A stretch of DNA of 63,035 nucleotides, the filler included, from Phoronis australis (Eukaryota; Animalia; Phoronida), in the NCBI GenBank assembly GCA_002633005.1. It is 6 parts of 6 records of this genome, joined end to end, with 100 filler letters (N's around TTAATTAATTAA, not from the genome) between each part and the next. Parts side by side here need not be neighbours in the genome. Positions count along the whole stretch, not along the records: positions 51,841 to 55,655 come from NMRA01002826.1; positions 55,756 to 59,790 come from NMRA01002736.1; positions 59,891 to 63,035 come from NMRA01003189.1; 3 more parts are not named here. The stretch is one strand, 5' to 3'. The notes under the pieces are model-generated. The model did no database searches. It was not told the DNA's origin and worked only from the letters and a program-made list of their open reading frames with translations. The position numbers were made by a program, and so were the translations under genes. This document shows, in pieces, positions 51,841-63,035 of this stretch (its first letter is position 1; the number at the start of each line of letters is the position of its first letter).

Positions 51841-52638
51841 CGGTGCGAAGGTAAATTTCTGCAATTAAAGAGCAACTGGGTTTGATCTTAATGAAGAACA
51901 ATTACACAACACAGCATAGCACATCACAGCACAGCACAGCAACAAAACACAAATGTCACTAGGTCTTAAGGGACGTTCTCGACTAGAAAAGTAACTTTAC
52001 AGAAATAAGCAAAAGCAAATGTCGAGTGATCAGTGTGACGGGTCCACTTAAGTGGCCTGCGCACGTCTGGCACAACATGTACACGGGTCCACTTAAGCAG
52101 CCTGCGCACGTCTGGCACAACATGTACCAGATGTCCTGCAATTACCTTTTATATTTTTAGCGAATGTCAGAAATTGCGATTTGTAATAACATCAAACAAA
52201 CAAAATGGATTTTGTTGTTTAACAGCTCTGGCCAAAGCCAATAACTTAAAGAAGATTATTGCACTCAACAATAATCTCAAGACTGCATTTTTCCACTGCA
52301 AAAAAGATAATGTAACTTGAAATGAATGAATTTGGATAAACACACACTTTGTTATAAATTAGCCAGTGAAGTCACAGGATTTAGAATAGTCATTGACTTC
52401 GAACAACTTTGCAAGTCTGGCGGCTTTCATAAATGTTTAGTGGCGATGTTGTGATCTTACTACACTGACAAAAGTTATGGTTAAACCCCAAATTCACGAC
52501 ACAAAATAAACATTCAACCTGGAATGACCCAATGGATATGAAAAAGAGACATCTTCAGGTAAGGCATCAGTATAGTGGATTTAAATGTCAGAAAATTAAG
52601 TATTCAGTAAGGAAACTAGCAAAAATTAAAAACCAAAC

Positions 52639-52748
52639 CTTTTGAGCGGGTATGACCTGATCCTTCATCCACATAACCATTGAGAAATGATTCATTTTGG
52701 TTGTGCTGATCGTACTTCCGTCTTCAGCAGTTGCGTAAATCTTCAGGT
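52639..52748 (-). CDS. SMCHD1: SMCHD1-like protein, internal exon D
   Basis: (H)LKIYATAEDGSTISTTKMNHFSMVMWMKDQVIPAQK|gtttg. Compare ISEDDSII…ISMKMWK. Confidence 0.72.
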
Positions 52749-52983
52749 CTAAAACGACAAGCCAATCGCCACATATAGCTCAAGTACACGCGGACTACAA
52801 GACCTACCTTTCATTCATATTTACTTCGTTCTGGAGTCGGTGAATATAAAGCTCTTCGCAGCCATGTTTCAACAAAAATGCAACTTTAGGTTGAAGTCGC
52901 AAATTTGTCCTGAGCTCAATTCCACTATTTCAGAAAAAAAATAACATCACTCCACTATCAGCAGTTGTAATAAGGCTACTCAC

Positions 52984-53141
52984 GAGGCATGGGCGAACCA
53001 GCGATGAACTCTTTTTCAGACACAAACTCCACTTTCAGATCCATTGGTTTCTCAAGATCTGGCTCAACCCTGATCTTCAGACGTGGTCCATTGATGGTTG
53101 TACGCTTCAGGAAGGCCTTGGGTTGAATCTCATATGTGCCT
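52984..53141 (-). CDS. SMCHD1: SMCHD1-like protein, internal exon C
   Basis: GTYEIQPKAFLKRTTINGPRLKIRVEPDLEKPMDLKVEFVSEKEFIAGSPMP C|gtgagt. Compare GEHTLQVKA…IEGPIIKLMILPDPEKP…FLAG. Phases are consistent. Confidence 0.8.
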
Positions 53142-54205
53142 CTAAAAGTTTAGGTAAACTTTCTTGTATTATAAATACATTAATTAAAAACACAGAAAAA
53201 CATTGTACAATAGACAAAGGATACACATACATACATCCGTGCGCGTGTATTTCGACACCTGACAACAAAATTAGAACCCATGCGTACTCGAGGAAACAAA
53301 AGAGCCAGAAAGGACCGTCTATTGTTAAGTTTTCAAGTTTTAGGTAAATTGTTAAAGAGTCGATCCAAAAAAAATTTCAATTTTGGTGACACATTTTACA
53401 GTCTACTAAATTTGAAATTTTAAACGCATATGACTAAAGGAAGATGTCTCTCTGGAATATAGATTTACAACATTAATGTTTTGTACGTTTTTTATGCAAA
53501 TCATGACACGTTAACAAAGTTAACTAAAAAACATTTGATGCTGATATTGGGCCTAACCTTATTAAAGGAACCATAACAAACGTGTTCACTTTTGGTCTTT
53601 TGTTAACAGCGATTGAATACCATGGGATCCCTAACACGATAATTGATATTCTCCAACCAATTAAGGGTCCCTTAATCAAAGGTACACTCCAAATTTATAA
53701 GTTTCTATTTTCACAAAACTTGGAATAGCAATAAAAACATCTAGTCACTGTCACTAGTATGACCTATGTATGCAAATAGAGGTCAAACTGATGACATCAC
53801 TAACAGACAAAAGTTGAACAAATATAACAGACAATTACACCTGCTGAGATGTTCACTACCGTCCAGTTATCAACTACAGAGCAACCGGACCCTTCAAAAT
53901 TACTTAAGGTAACAGAATCCGTTTGAGTTGACTGTCTCGGAATAACCCCAGTGGAAAGGATAGGTGTCCATTATAGAATACAACAATATTACCTGAACAG
54001 AGTGAGAACAGAAAGCCACAGCACGGATTTATACAAGCGCAGCCACTGGTTCAATAGAGCCACTTATATTACAAGTTTTTCAAGTTACAAAGAAGGTGTT
54101 AAGCAGATATTAGTCCTCTCTATAACGAGAGCCCTGGTCTGTGTTTGTGCCCATTCTCTAACAAACATTGACAAACAGCCTGAATAGTAAACTTCTTATA
54201 CTTAC

Positions 54206-54285
54206 TTTTTTGCTGAGACGATTGGCTGGTCAAACTTAGCTTTACCGTTCTTGTCCGTTTTATCTGGTTTCAGGGGAGGGTGCAA
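54206..54285 (-). CDS. SMCHD1: SMCHD1-like protein, internal exon B
   Basis: ttttcag|LHPPLKPDKTDKNGKAKFDQPIVSAK AA|gtaag. Compare KTDEKGRANLG of vertebrate SMCHD1. Confidence 0.75.
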
Positions 54286-55154
54286 CTGAAAATGTACATG
54301 CAACATTGACGTTATGTGCGACCCTAGAAAAATGCCCAACTTCTGGGAACATGAAAGTCTCAGAAATGGCTCATCGGATTAAAAATGAAACTTTCAGATA
54401 TTACACTTTATTCAAATCGAAAAAATGGGGTTTCTAATAAGAGCGCTTGTTCTTCGATTTGTCATCACAATATGGCCAAGGACTAATGTAGTTATGGTTT
54501 ACATACTGTTATTATTCAAACCATACTTGTACAAACAAGTTGCATAAAACAAAAAAGAAACGGTAAAATTAGAAACCTGTGACAGCATGTTTGAAATTTC
54601 ACCTTGAACATAAGTTTAAACCACAGAAAATTTGACACCGATACTGCTGTTTTGCTAAGAATGCATCGTTGATTTTACTCAGTTTTACCAAAACGCATGA
54701 CTCAAGTAACAACGTATTGATATAAAACCAAAAAAGAAATTCCACAGGCTTTCTACTTTTAAAAAATAAAATACTTTTACAACAGATTGAGTTAAACTCT
54801 ACAATTACAAGAATTGCACAAACTTGCAGATAACAACACATATAACCTTAAAAGGAATGGGGGTTGTCGTTAAAGCATAATATATTAAGTCGTAAAATAC
54901 TAACTATTAACGTCTTAACAGATGACTGAAAGTTAGCCATAATGCCAACCCTTGGAGTATAGTTAACATTAGAATATCAACAAGGTAACCTGACTTGGCA
55001 ACTTCCCTTGATATAATTTTTTACCTTATTTCTTTACGTGCACTTTAAATTGGAAAAAATATTTAACTGTACATTCACCAACATCGGCGAAAACAGTAAG
55101 TTAGACGTCTGAATAATGGTATAAATCCAGCGTGGCAAGAAGCCGCGTCGTTAC

Positions 55155-55280
55155 CTTGAGTTGCGCATCTCTTGCCACCTGCACCTGAACGCCCTCCTCC
55201 TTACATGGGTTACCTGACTTGTCACACAGCTGGACAGTTAGAGCCTTTGGTAGTTTGGTGTCATTGAAGATGTGAAGGAC
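55155..55280 (-). CDS. SMCHD1: SMCHD1-like protein, internal exon A
   Basis: VLHIFNDTKLPKALTVQLCDKSGNPCKEEGVQVQVARDAQLK|gtaac, phase 0-0. Resembles the VQLCD..DNP…LK segment of SMCHD1 as I recall it. Confidence 0.75.
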
Positions 55281-55655
55281 CTTGGACAAGTGGAGAAATG
55301 TGAAGTAATGAACGATGGGGACACTGAACATGTGAAGCAACATAATTTTGACAACGTGATGGAGAAAATTAAAAGCAACGCTTTTACTGGTAAGGTGAAA
55401 CAATGAGACCACTGCAAAGGTAAGAGATATCCAAATAAGACGTACCTTCAAGAAAAGAGAAAACAAGAAACAACAAACTAAAATGGTTGAGTCATACTCC
55501 CACCTCAAACACGTGGTTAATTTGCATATGAGAAGTGCTGTATACAATACTTTTATTCATACCTGACCCTACAACTTATTTAGGGCTGTTCCAGCAAAAT
55601 CTGTATGGGAGGGGGGGGAAGGCACTTTTATTTCGTACCCACCGCCCATAATTTT

Positions 55656-55755
55656 NNNNNNNNNNNNNNNNNNNNNNNNNNNNNNNNNNNNNNNNNNNNT
55701 TAATTAATTAANNNNNNNNNNNNNNNNNNNNNNNNNNNNNNNNNNNNNNNNNNNN
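55656..55755. other. Artificial contig-joining spacer
   Basis: 44 N + TTAATTAATTAA (55700-55711) + 44 N. Confidence 0.97.
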
Positions 55756-55902
55756 TAGAGGGTTTCAATTGAAAGCATTACGTTGCATTAAATCACATAC
55801 GTGTTACATTAAAGCACTCTAAAGCAAACATATGTAGAGGCAAGCAAACGCCAAATTGAAATTTCCTTCCAGACAAGATAACTAAACAACTGTTCGCCTT
55901 CA

Positions 55903-56031
55903 CTACTTTCGCATAATTTCGGCATACTCTGTGCCAGTGAGCTCGTACGCCTGAATTGGTTTCCTGCTTCGAGGCGTATCGTCCAGGGCTAAGTCTGCGT
56001 ATACTAAACCTTCGACGTTTTTTGAGCGCGG
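55903..56031 (-). CDS. Terminal exon of a receptor cytoplasmic tail with ITIM (LVYADL) and ITSM (TEYAEI) motifs
   Basis: ctttcag|PRSKNVEGLVYADLALDDTPRSRKPIQAYELTGTEYAEIMRK*. Phase 0, compatible with the 59248-59359 exon. Confidence 0.78.
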   Translation of the reverse strand, partial: PRSKNVEGLVYADLALDDTPRSRKPIQAYELTGTEYAEIMRK

Positions 56032-59000
56032 CTGAAAGTACACAAACCATTCTCGGATACAGATCAATAAAAAGATGAACTTGCTGTCACTAGGACAGGA
56101 CAACATATAACAAAATAAATAGAATAGGCTGCTGGTATATCAAAAATACAGGGGTACTTTTTCAGTAGCAGTAACAGGTGCCCATATGAACAATTATAGA
56201 TGCAACAAATAAAGGTCAGGTAAGTGGATACAAGAAATCAAAAATCAAACTGCCAGAGTTGCAGCTACTTATATGCGAGTACCAGATACTTTATTCTCCA
56301 AGATCGCTGTCTGGAACGCCTGGCAGTTTTGCTTAACACACCAGCAGCATTGTAAAATTAATTCTGGTCGAGTTCAGGTCACTCTCGCTGCAGTCATACA
56401 GGTTGTCACTCAGGACTTCACTAAGAGACAGTGAAGCATGTACATTGAAAAATGTCACCAAGTTATGGTGAATACTGATACGGAATACTAAATGGGTAAT
56501 AGCTGTAACTTCTTAAAGTTTGAAAATGAGACAGAAAACTTATCGCTTATAAAATTTCGTCAAGAAGACAGTCTACAGTGCCCACACGCGAGTTCAACAT
56601 CTGGGTTCAAGAAAGCGGAAATTGAATCTTATATAGTCTTGTGTGGGATTTTGAAAATTAATTTGTATTATGTCGCCCGAGTAATTGAGAGCCAAATATT
56701 TTGTTCTGTTTTGGTCACCAGTGCCAGTGAACTAAATTATGTTCCCTAAACTTTCAGCGCATTTGTGAGCTCATCTTTTACTATTAATATATCCGAAATC
56801 TGAACCCTTAATTCAATGAAAATGAAGGCTTGGTCCCCAAGTCAGGGAAGTTGCACAAAAAGGTCCCTCTTTATTTTGAATAACTATAATAAAAATCAAA
56901 TACAGTGAATCAAAGTCAAAATTTGACGGTGGAATGCAAATACAGTAAAATAGCAGAAAACGTGCAATCAGTGCTTACACAAATGCGCTGAAAATTCAGT
57001 TAACTTTATGCAACTGGGCACAGAATGCCTTTGAAACATCTGGTGGGCAGTTGGATAAAATTCAAGCTAAAATGCGCTAGGAGGTCCCAAACATATTTGT
57101 CCAATACAGCTCAAAATGGAACAACAGAAATTTGATTTATCTGCCACACACTTAATGCTGAAACAATGACCAAATAGAACAAGCCAAAGTAGCCCCGAGG
57201 GCAATATAGCATTTCCACACCAACTTCTCAAAAAGGTTTATTACTTCTAACAACGCAGGGGGCCTGTTTCCAATTTTGACTAGTTTGCTAATTACAACAA
57301 ATTCAATATAACTGGGCATTCTTGTCGAGAAAAGGGAGGCTCGTTAACAATTTTTGTGCACAGGATGCAATAGGCTACTGTTTCATTTTCCTCTAATACT
57401 TAACAGCCGTATGCTCTTTCAAAGCTACACGGTGCCCTAAGTGCAGGTCTAGTCAGGTGCCATAGTACAGTGCAAACCAAAACTTATCAGACAAAATTCA
57501 GTTTCATTTTCATTGCAGATAAAAGTTGTAAAAAAGCACGATTTGAAACTCTGTTCTCGTCAAAACATCGGTAAATTTTTGGAGCCAAAACATTCCCTTA
57601 TCTCAAATATTTTCTGTTTAGTTTTCCTCTCGGTTTTACTACAACTTTGACAAACTAGGTAGATAACTATTCACAAAATTCGTTGATTTTTGTACTCCAG
57701 CAAAGAATTCTGCTTGCCCCAAGGGGAGGGGGGGGGGGCACTTCAGTTGTGGTCAGCCCCTTTTGTTGGAAACTGCGAGTCATTTTGTTCCAATATTTTG
57801 GTGAGCAGTGTACTTGGTAGCTACCAAACTCAAGTCAGAAATTAAAAGTAATATACAGGCAGCCTATAAAATGCATGAACAAAACGCTGCAATACATTGC
57901 AAACTACACACTGTGAACTGGTGTAAAATAAACAAACAACGCAACTCATGGTAACAATCTGGGGTTCCAGCATTAGTCAGCATGGTAACGGATGACTGGC
58001 GGCAAGAATTCAAGAGGGTGGGGGAGGGGACTCCATACCATGGTCTGAATTAAGGCAACAACATTCAATAGCAAAATAAAAAATAAAAATGTTGTAGAGA
58101 ATAACACACAGGTAGAGTAATGTAAGGATACAGTATTGTCTTCCATTGAAATTACAAGAGCAGAAAATTGAAATTTCATTTTGCAAAATTATTAATAAAA
58201 GTCATTAGATAAAGCAAGAATTTATTTCGGTGATGCAAAATTGTGTAGGCAACACTCATCATCTAAGAGTCAGNCAACATCCAACTACAAAAACTGTACA
58301 CGCCAACAATGAAGGGTGCTGTGGCATACCCAAAAATGACATCCGGCGGGGTTTTATTTAGGTCGAGTCAGTAGAGAGGAGGGATGGGAGGGAGGCGGAC
58401 CCCACTACAGCTGCCTATGGGATTGCAGGATCTGCTGTATCTGTCCATGTCCACTCTTGGCTTAGTTAAGACCACAGGGTGACAAGCCTGAGGGACCGTT
58501 TTGGACTCCCTCAACACCAAGGAGCATGGGGTGATGCCAGTTGCTAACAAAACAGGCTATGACCTGCCGCATATTCAGTGTTCTACAGATGGACACAGTA
58601 TCAACTAAAACAGTTTTGTTTAAAACACTAAGTTGACACAGACTATTCGTACATAGAATGCCTTCTCCGTATGATTGCCTTATTTGTATACTCTTAATGC
58701 AAGAGATCTATGATCTTGCACACAAATGCAAATAATGTTCTTATTCACAAGCAGTGCCTGCCAGGTGAGCCTGTTTTGGCTCCGACATGTACATTAAATT
58801 TTGGTGACTATGGTTGTCCGTGCGTCGCGACAGACTGAATTTTTCAATCGCACTTCTTCAACTATGTCCAAAAATACTCGCAACGCCTAGAATTGTATAA
58901 AGGGAAGGTAATGAGAGACTTATCAATGTTGAAATGAGTACTGCTAGATCTAAGATGGTACAAAAGTACCTGAATTAAACGCTCAAAAACACATAGCGGC

Positions 59001-59247
59001 AGCCGTGACTGGCACGCGATGTACGTGGCAGTTTTGATAGGAATTACACAAAAACATCTCAACATTGCGAATCTGTCGTATATGATCTTTGGGTTCAATC
59101 TGGAGAGGTGTGGGCTGACAGGAGGGGCGGAGGGGCATAAAAGCATCGTAAGTATATGGGATACCGCGACAGGGGCAATGCCGCAAACCCGGTGGGAGGG
59201 GGGCTGTTTACGTGCACTTGACACAAAAGTCTTGATGATCAACTTAC

Positions 59248-59359
59248 GTCCTGTGGATCGGCAGGTTTGTTCTTTTTTGGTTTGTTAACAGCCGCGTACA
59301 ACTGATCTGGGGCAACAACATCAGGTTGCGTATTATATCCCTCGTCTGGGGAGTCCATC
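59248..59359 (-). CDS. Late exon of a receptor cytoplasmic tail (Tyr motif QLYAAVNK)
   Basis: ttccacag|G MDSPDEGYNTQPDVVAPDQLYAAVNKPKKNKPADPQD|gtaagt. Ends in phase 0. Confidence 0.72.
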
Positions 59360-59790
59360 CTGTGGAACAGAGTAACCAATGTCTCACTGTGTAAACAACA
59401 ATCTAGCGCCAGTCGTGTCAAGTTGCAGGCATCTTGATACAGTGCAGTGTAGACAGAAAAACTCGACGAGCTCTCGCGTGCCTGTATATGCTTCAACATT
59501 TCATTTGCCTTTAACTTTGATAAGGTTGCGACTTTCAACTCAAGTTGTTTCTGATGTATAAGTAATTATAGCAATAATATGAGTAGTAAAGTGTTTGGTA
59601 GATATCTCAGTGTTATTTGCATGCCCAAGATAAATCAATAACAATAGATGGTGAATGAAATGTATTACCAAGCCAAAACTTGCAATAGTGGTAAACAGCG
59701 CTGTCAAAAAATCACTTTTGGAGTTGGGAAGTGTTTGAAATATCTCATATGATAAGAAAAATCCTAGCAAAATGTCCGCTCTGTTTGCAT

Positions 59791-59890
59791 NNNNNNNNNN
59801 NNNNNNNNNNNNNNNNNNNNNNNNNNNNNNNNNNTTAATTAATTAANNNNNNNNNNNNNNNNNNNNNNNNNNNNNNNNNNNNNNNNNNNN
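59791..59890. other. Artificial contig-joining spacer
   Basis: 44 N + TTAATTAATTAA (59835-59846) + 44 N. Confidence 0.97.
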
Positions 59891-60089
59891 GTTAAATCGA
59901 AATTCACCTAAAGTAGGGGGTGGGCGGTTAACTGAGCATGGGCGTTAACCCGAACGATTACGGTACATTTAACACCTGACACATTTTGAGTACTACTGTT
60001 TCCAAAGCATCTAGTTACCAGATTTCAAATTCAAAATTATATGCCCTGGCAACACAAATAGGTATTATGAGTTATTCTCATTCAACTAC

Positions 60090-60212
60090 CTGTTGTCTGC
60101 GTTGTGGACGGTGGTTTTGACACGTTGAGAATATGGCACACTTCCAATAATGGAGCGTGGACACTAACCATGGCACCGAGGCAGGTTAAGCAGGCAACGC
60201 GGATATTTGGAT
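60090..60212 (-). CDS. HEATR6: HEAT repeat-containing protein 6-like, internal exon
   Basis: cttgcag|(D)PNIRVACLTCLGAMVSVHAPLLEVCHILNVSKPPSTTQTT G|gtagt, 123 nt, phase 1-1. Compare [25 protein letters not shown] of vertebrate HEATR6 as I recall it. Confidence 0.75.
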
Positions 60213-60582
60213 CTGCAAGACAAAAATGGTTTTCTGAAACAGAATATAGACATGCACATTCAAAACAGTGATAAACCAAATGGAGTTAAATTTTGATATG
60301 CTTGATAAATAAACACACTGAAAAAATACTTGTTGACATTAATGATTTATATTTGTCAAGTTTCCAGAATTTTCTGTTGCAAGTATTAAGGTGATTTTTT
60401 TTCAAATGAGACTTTCTTATTAAGTCTCAAAGTGGGTAGAACGGTGCCGCACTTTTTTATATCCACTTTTGGCCATAAAAATGGTATGAAACAAATCTAT
60501 ACCTTACCCTAAACATGTTTACAATTACATTTCTATTTCCTCAATTAGCATTTTCTTAATTAGAAGTTCAATTTTTGCCATG

Positions 60583-60790
60583 CGGAATATTCCGCACCGA
60601 CTGCAGAATATTCCACAAATTTTGTGAAATATTCCGCACTTGTGGAATATTACGCAAATTTGTGGAATATTACGCAGATTTTGCAGAATATTAAGCAGAT
60701 TTGTGGAATATTACGCATTGCAGAATACTGCACAAGTTTTGTGGAATATTAGGCACTGGTGGAATATTGTGTATATTTTGTGGAATTTCT
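60583..60790. repeat. Degenerate ~21-bp tandem repeat
   Basis: GTGGAATATTACGCA(A/G)ATTT-like units. Confidence 0.7.
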
Positions 60791-61042
60791 GCCTAAACTG
60801 GACCAGTAGAAGCTTTACGATTGACAAAAACAAGTTTTTCCACTTTTATATTTATTGCAACCTTGTTACACTAAAACATTTCTATGCTGCTCTAAAATTT
60901 CAAATCGAACAATAAATTATTATTAAAAATCAATGACAGTTGCAGAAGGGTTCTGCATGCAAAAAGAATAGTTTTGCAAGCCCTCAAATTTTTATATTTT
61001 CTCTCAGTGCAATAAACATGAAATACATTCCTTTCTCAATAT

Positions 61043-61494
61043 TCAAGGTACCTAAACTACACTGTTAACGGACTCATAAACACCGCCACGGACGCATGAA
61101 CACGACTCACGTACCTGCAAACACCGTTCACTGACTCACAAACACGGGAATGGAGTCACAAAACACGATCCATTCACCCAAATACACAGGATACGGACTC
61201 ACATTCACGAAAAAACACGGTTAACGGACCGCCAAACACGGGTCACGGACTAATCGGCTACCTGGGTCAGCTGACATCTACATTTTGTCCATAAACCGTG
61301 TTTGGTGGGCCGTTAACCGTGTTTCTTCGTGAATGTGAGTCCGTGTCCCGTGTATTTGGTTGAATGGATTGTGTTTTGTGAGTCTGTTGCCATGTTTGTG
61401 AGTTAGTGAACGGTGTTTGCAGGTACGTGAGTCGTGTTCATGCGTCCGTGACCGTGTTTATGAGTCCATTAACCGTGTAGTTTAGGTACCTTGA
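61043..61494. mobile_element. Foldback MITE with ~200-bp inverted arms
   Basis: TCAAGGTACCTAAACTACAC… and …GTGTAGTTTAGGTACCTTGA. The arms pair almost to the centre, leaving a loop of about 40-50 nt. Confidence 0.8.
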
Positions 61495-61777
61495 TAATGT
61501 TTGAAGTATTAATGTGTTCACTTTTAAAATAATTAATTAATGTCACAGCTGCGGAATGGTTCCACAAACAGAATAGTTTTGTGGAGCACTCAAATTTTTT
61601 AATTTTCATCATGCGCAATAAAGTTACAAGAGCAACGCAGAGCGTTGAAATGCGCCCACAATTGCACCGCATACGGTATCCTTCTAGGGTTGTTTATTGG
61701 TNAACCTTTGTTATGCATTCTGGAACCCTGCCAGATGATGAGACAAGAACAGTCTCGACATGAAGCTGTCAATTTTT

Positions 61778-62853
61778 ACAAGAGCAACACAGAGCGTTGA
61801 AATGCGCCCACAATTGCACCGCATACGGTATCCTTTTAGGGTTGTTTATTGGTACCACAAAGTGGCCAGTAGAGAGCATATATGTAGTATGTTGTACTTA
61901 GCAAAATGGAAAGGCATGGTCATTGTCTCCTCAATAGGCTAGGGGCAAAATGCGAGTAATCTTCATAATACAAGCACATCCTATACACCAGTTGCTTAAA
62001 GCACCACAGAAACATAGAATAAAAACAAATTTACCAACATACGAGATTAGCATAGCATTAAAATGCCAGAAACAAATTTCTACTTGGAACTTTTCCTTCA
62101 TAGTCACGAAGTAACACAAAGTATACACCTGAAGACCTATGAAAATACAGAGGTCAACGTAAAATACTATAAATTGCCACTAGAGGCAAATACTAAAATT
62201 GCCACTAGAGGCATACCGGTAGTCAGAATCATCCTAAAGTCGTCATCGTCCGTTGTCAACATCACATCAATACACTTGCTAAATTTAGTAAAGATCCTGC
62301 AAACGATTTGGGAGATACAACCATGGGCGCAAAAAAAACAAAACTGCCACTAGGAGGTGCCACAGTAGTCCAAATCGTCTGAANAGCCATAGGCGCAAAA
62401 AAAAAACTGCCACTAGGAGGCGCCACAGTAGTCGAAATCGTCGGAAAATCATCGTCAGCCATCCTCTACATAGTAAGCATATACATGCCAATTTTCACAA
62501 TCATCCTTTGAGCGGTTTGGTTGATAGAAGGGTGGACGCACAAAAACAGACTCGAAAACACTAAAAATGGCCACTAGGTGGCGCAAACTATGTTGAATCC
62601 ATCTGAAAATGGGAGGATAGCGTCATCTCACTAATAGGTGCCTACATACCAAATTTCATGAAAATCCGTTCAGGACTTTTGAAGATACAAAGGTAAGAGT
62701 AAAAAACTAAAATTGCCACTAGGGGGCACACTGGTAATCGGATCTGTCCGAAAGTTCGCACATGCCGTCCCATTCATGAATGGAACATATTTGCTAAATT
62801 TCATGAACGCCGGACACCGCCCGGACGGACGGACGGAGATGACGGCATAAAAA
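61778..62853 (+). mobile_element. HINE/DINE-1-like (Helentron-associated) non-autonomous element
   Basis: ACAAGAG start, internal AAATTGCCACTAG repeats, a (GGAC)n microsatellite near the end and an A-rich terminus. Further copies at 51526 and 61626. Confidence 0.55.
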
Positions 62854-63035
62854 GTATATTTATATTTCCTGGTCTTTGTTCTTTCAGAAAATATTTACTT
62901 TTACTAGTTGACAACGCTTAGTTTTTTTGATATAAGTGTTAGAATAGAGGCCACTGAATAAGGTTGGACATAACCTTAACAGCAAGTGCAGTCTCAGTAG
63001 TAAATAACTATAAGATCAGTAGACCACCACACCAT

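Noticed and set aside
61626-61701. Apparent local duplication of the HINE 5' end
   Set aside because: It ends exactly at a lone N (61702), so it is probably an assembly overlap.
61730-61765. Hammerhead-ribozyme-like motif (AGATGA-T-GAGAC…GTCTC-GACA)
   Set aside because: Both core boxes deviate from CTGANGA and GAAA, and no convincing stems I or III are present. At best it is a dead relic.

Overview
AT-rich, intron-containing animal genomic DNA, most likely from a marine invertebrate (inferred from the gene content). It is not one locus. Five identical 100-nt spacers (44 N + TTAATTAATTAA + 44 N) join six unrelated contigs: 1-14653, 14754-43428, 43529-51740, 51841-55655, 55756-59790 and 59891-63035. 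Reading GT-AG junctions by hand gives the following genes: (1) a two-coding-exon secreted prepropeptide with an acidic pro-region and a cationic Cys-rich C-terminal peptide (candidate antimicrobial peptide or toxin); (2) exon 1 of a BLVRB/flavin-reductase-like Rossmann protein; (3) the last exon of an extended SDR with an acidic tail; (4) a complete 4-coding-exon, 235-aa secreted protein that fuses a FAMeT-like domain to an atypical 8-Cys chitin-binding (CBM14-like) domain, plus a partial tandem paralog whose exons differ mostly by amino-acid replacements; (5) four SMCHD1-like exons; (6) a receptor cytoplasmic tail with ITIM/ITSM-like motifs; (7) one HEATR6-like exon. The remainder is largely transposon relics (Penelope-like, Gypsy, LINEs, TTAA/Kolobok-like, Harbinger- and hAT-like MITEs, HINE-like) and minisatellites. 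The most striking repeat is a perfect array of about 57 x 27 bp generated from inside the GIY-YIG region of a Penelope-like element. All family assignments come from motif recognition by eye, not from database searches.
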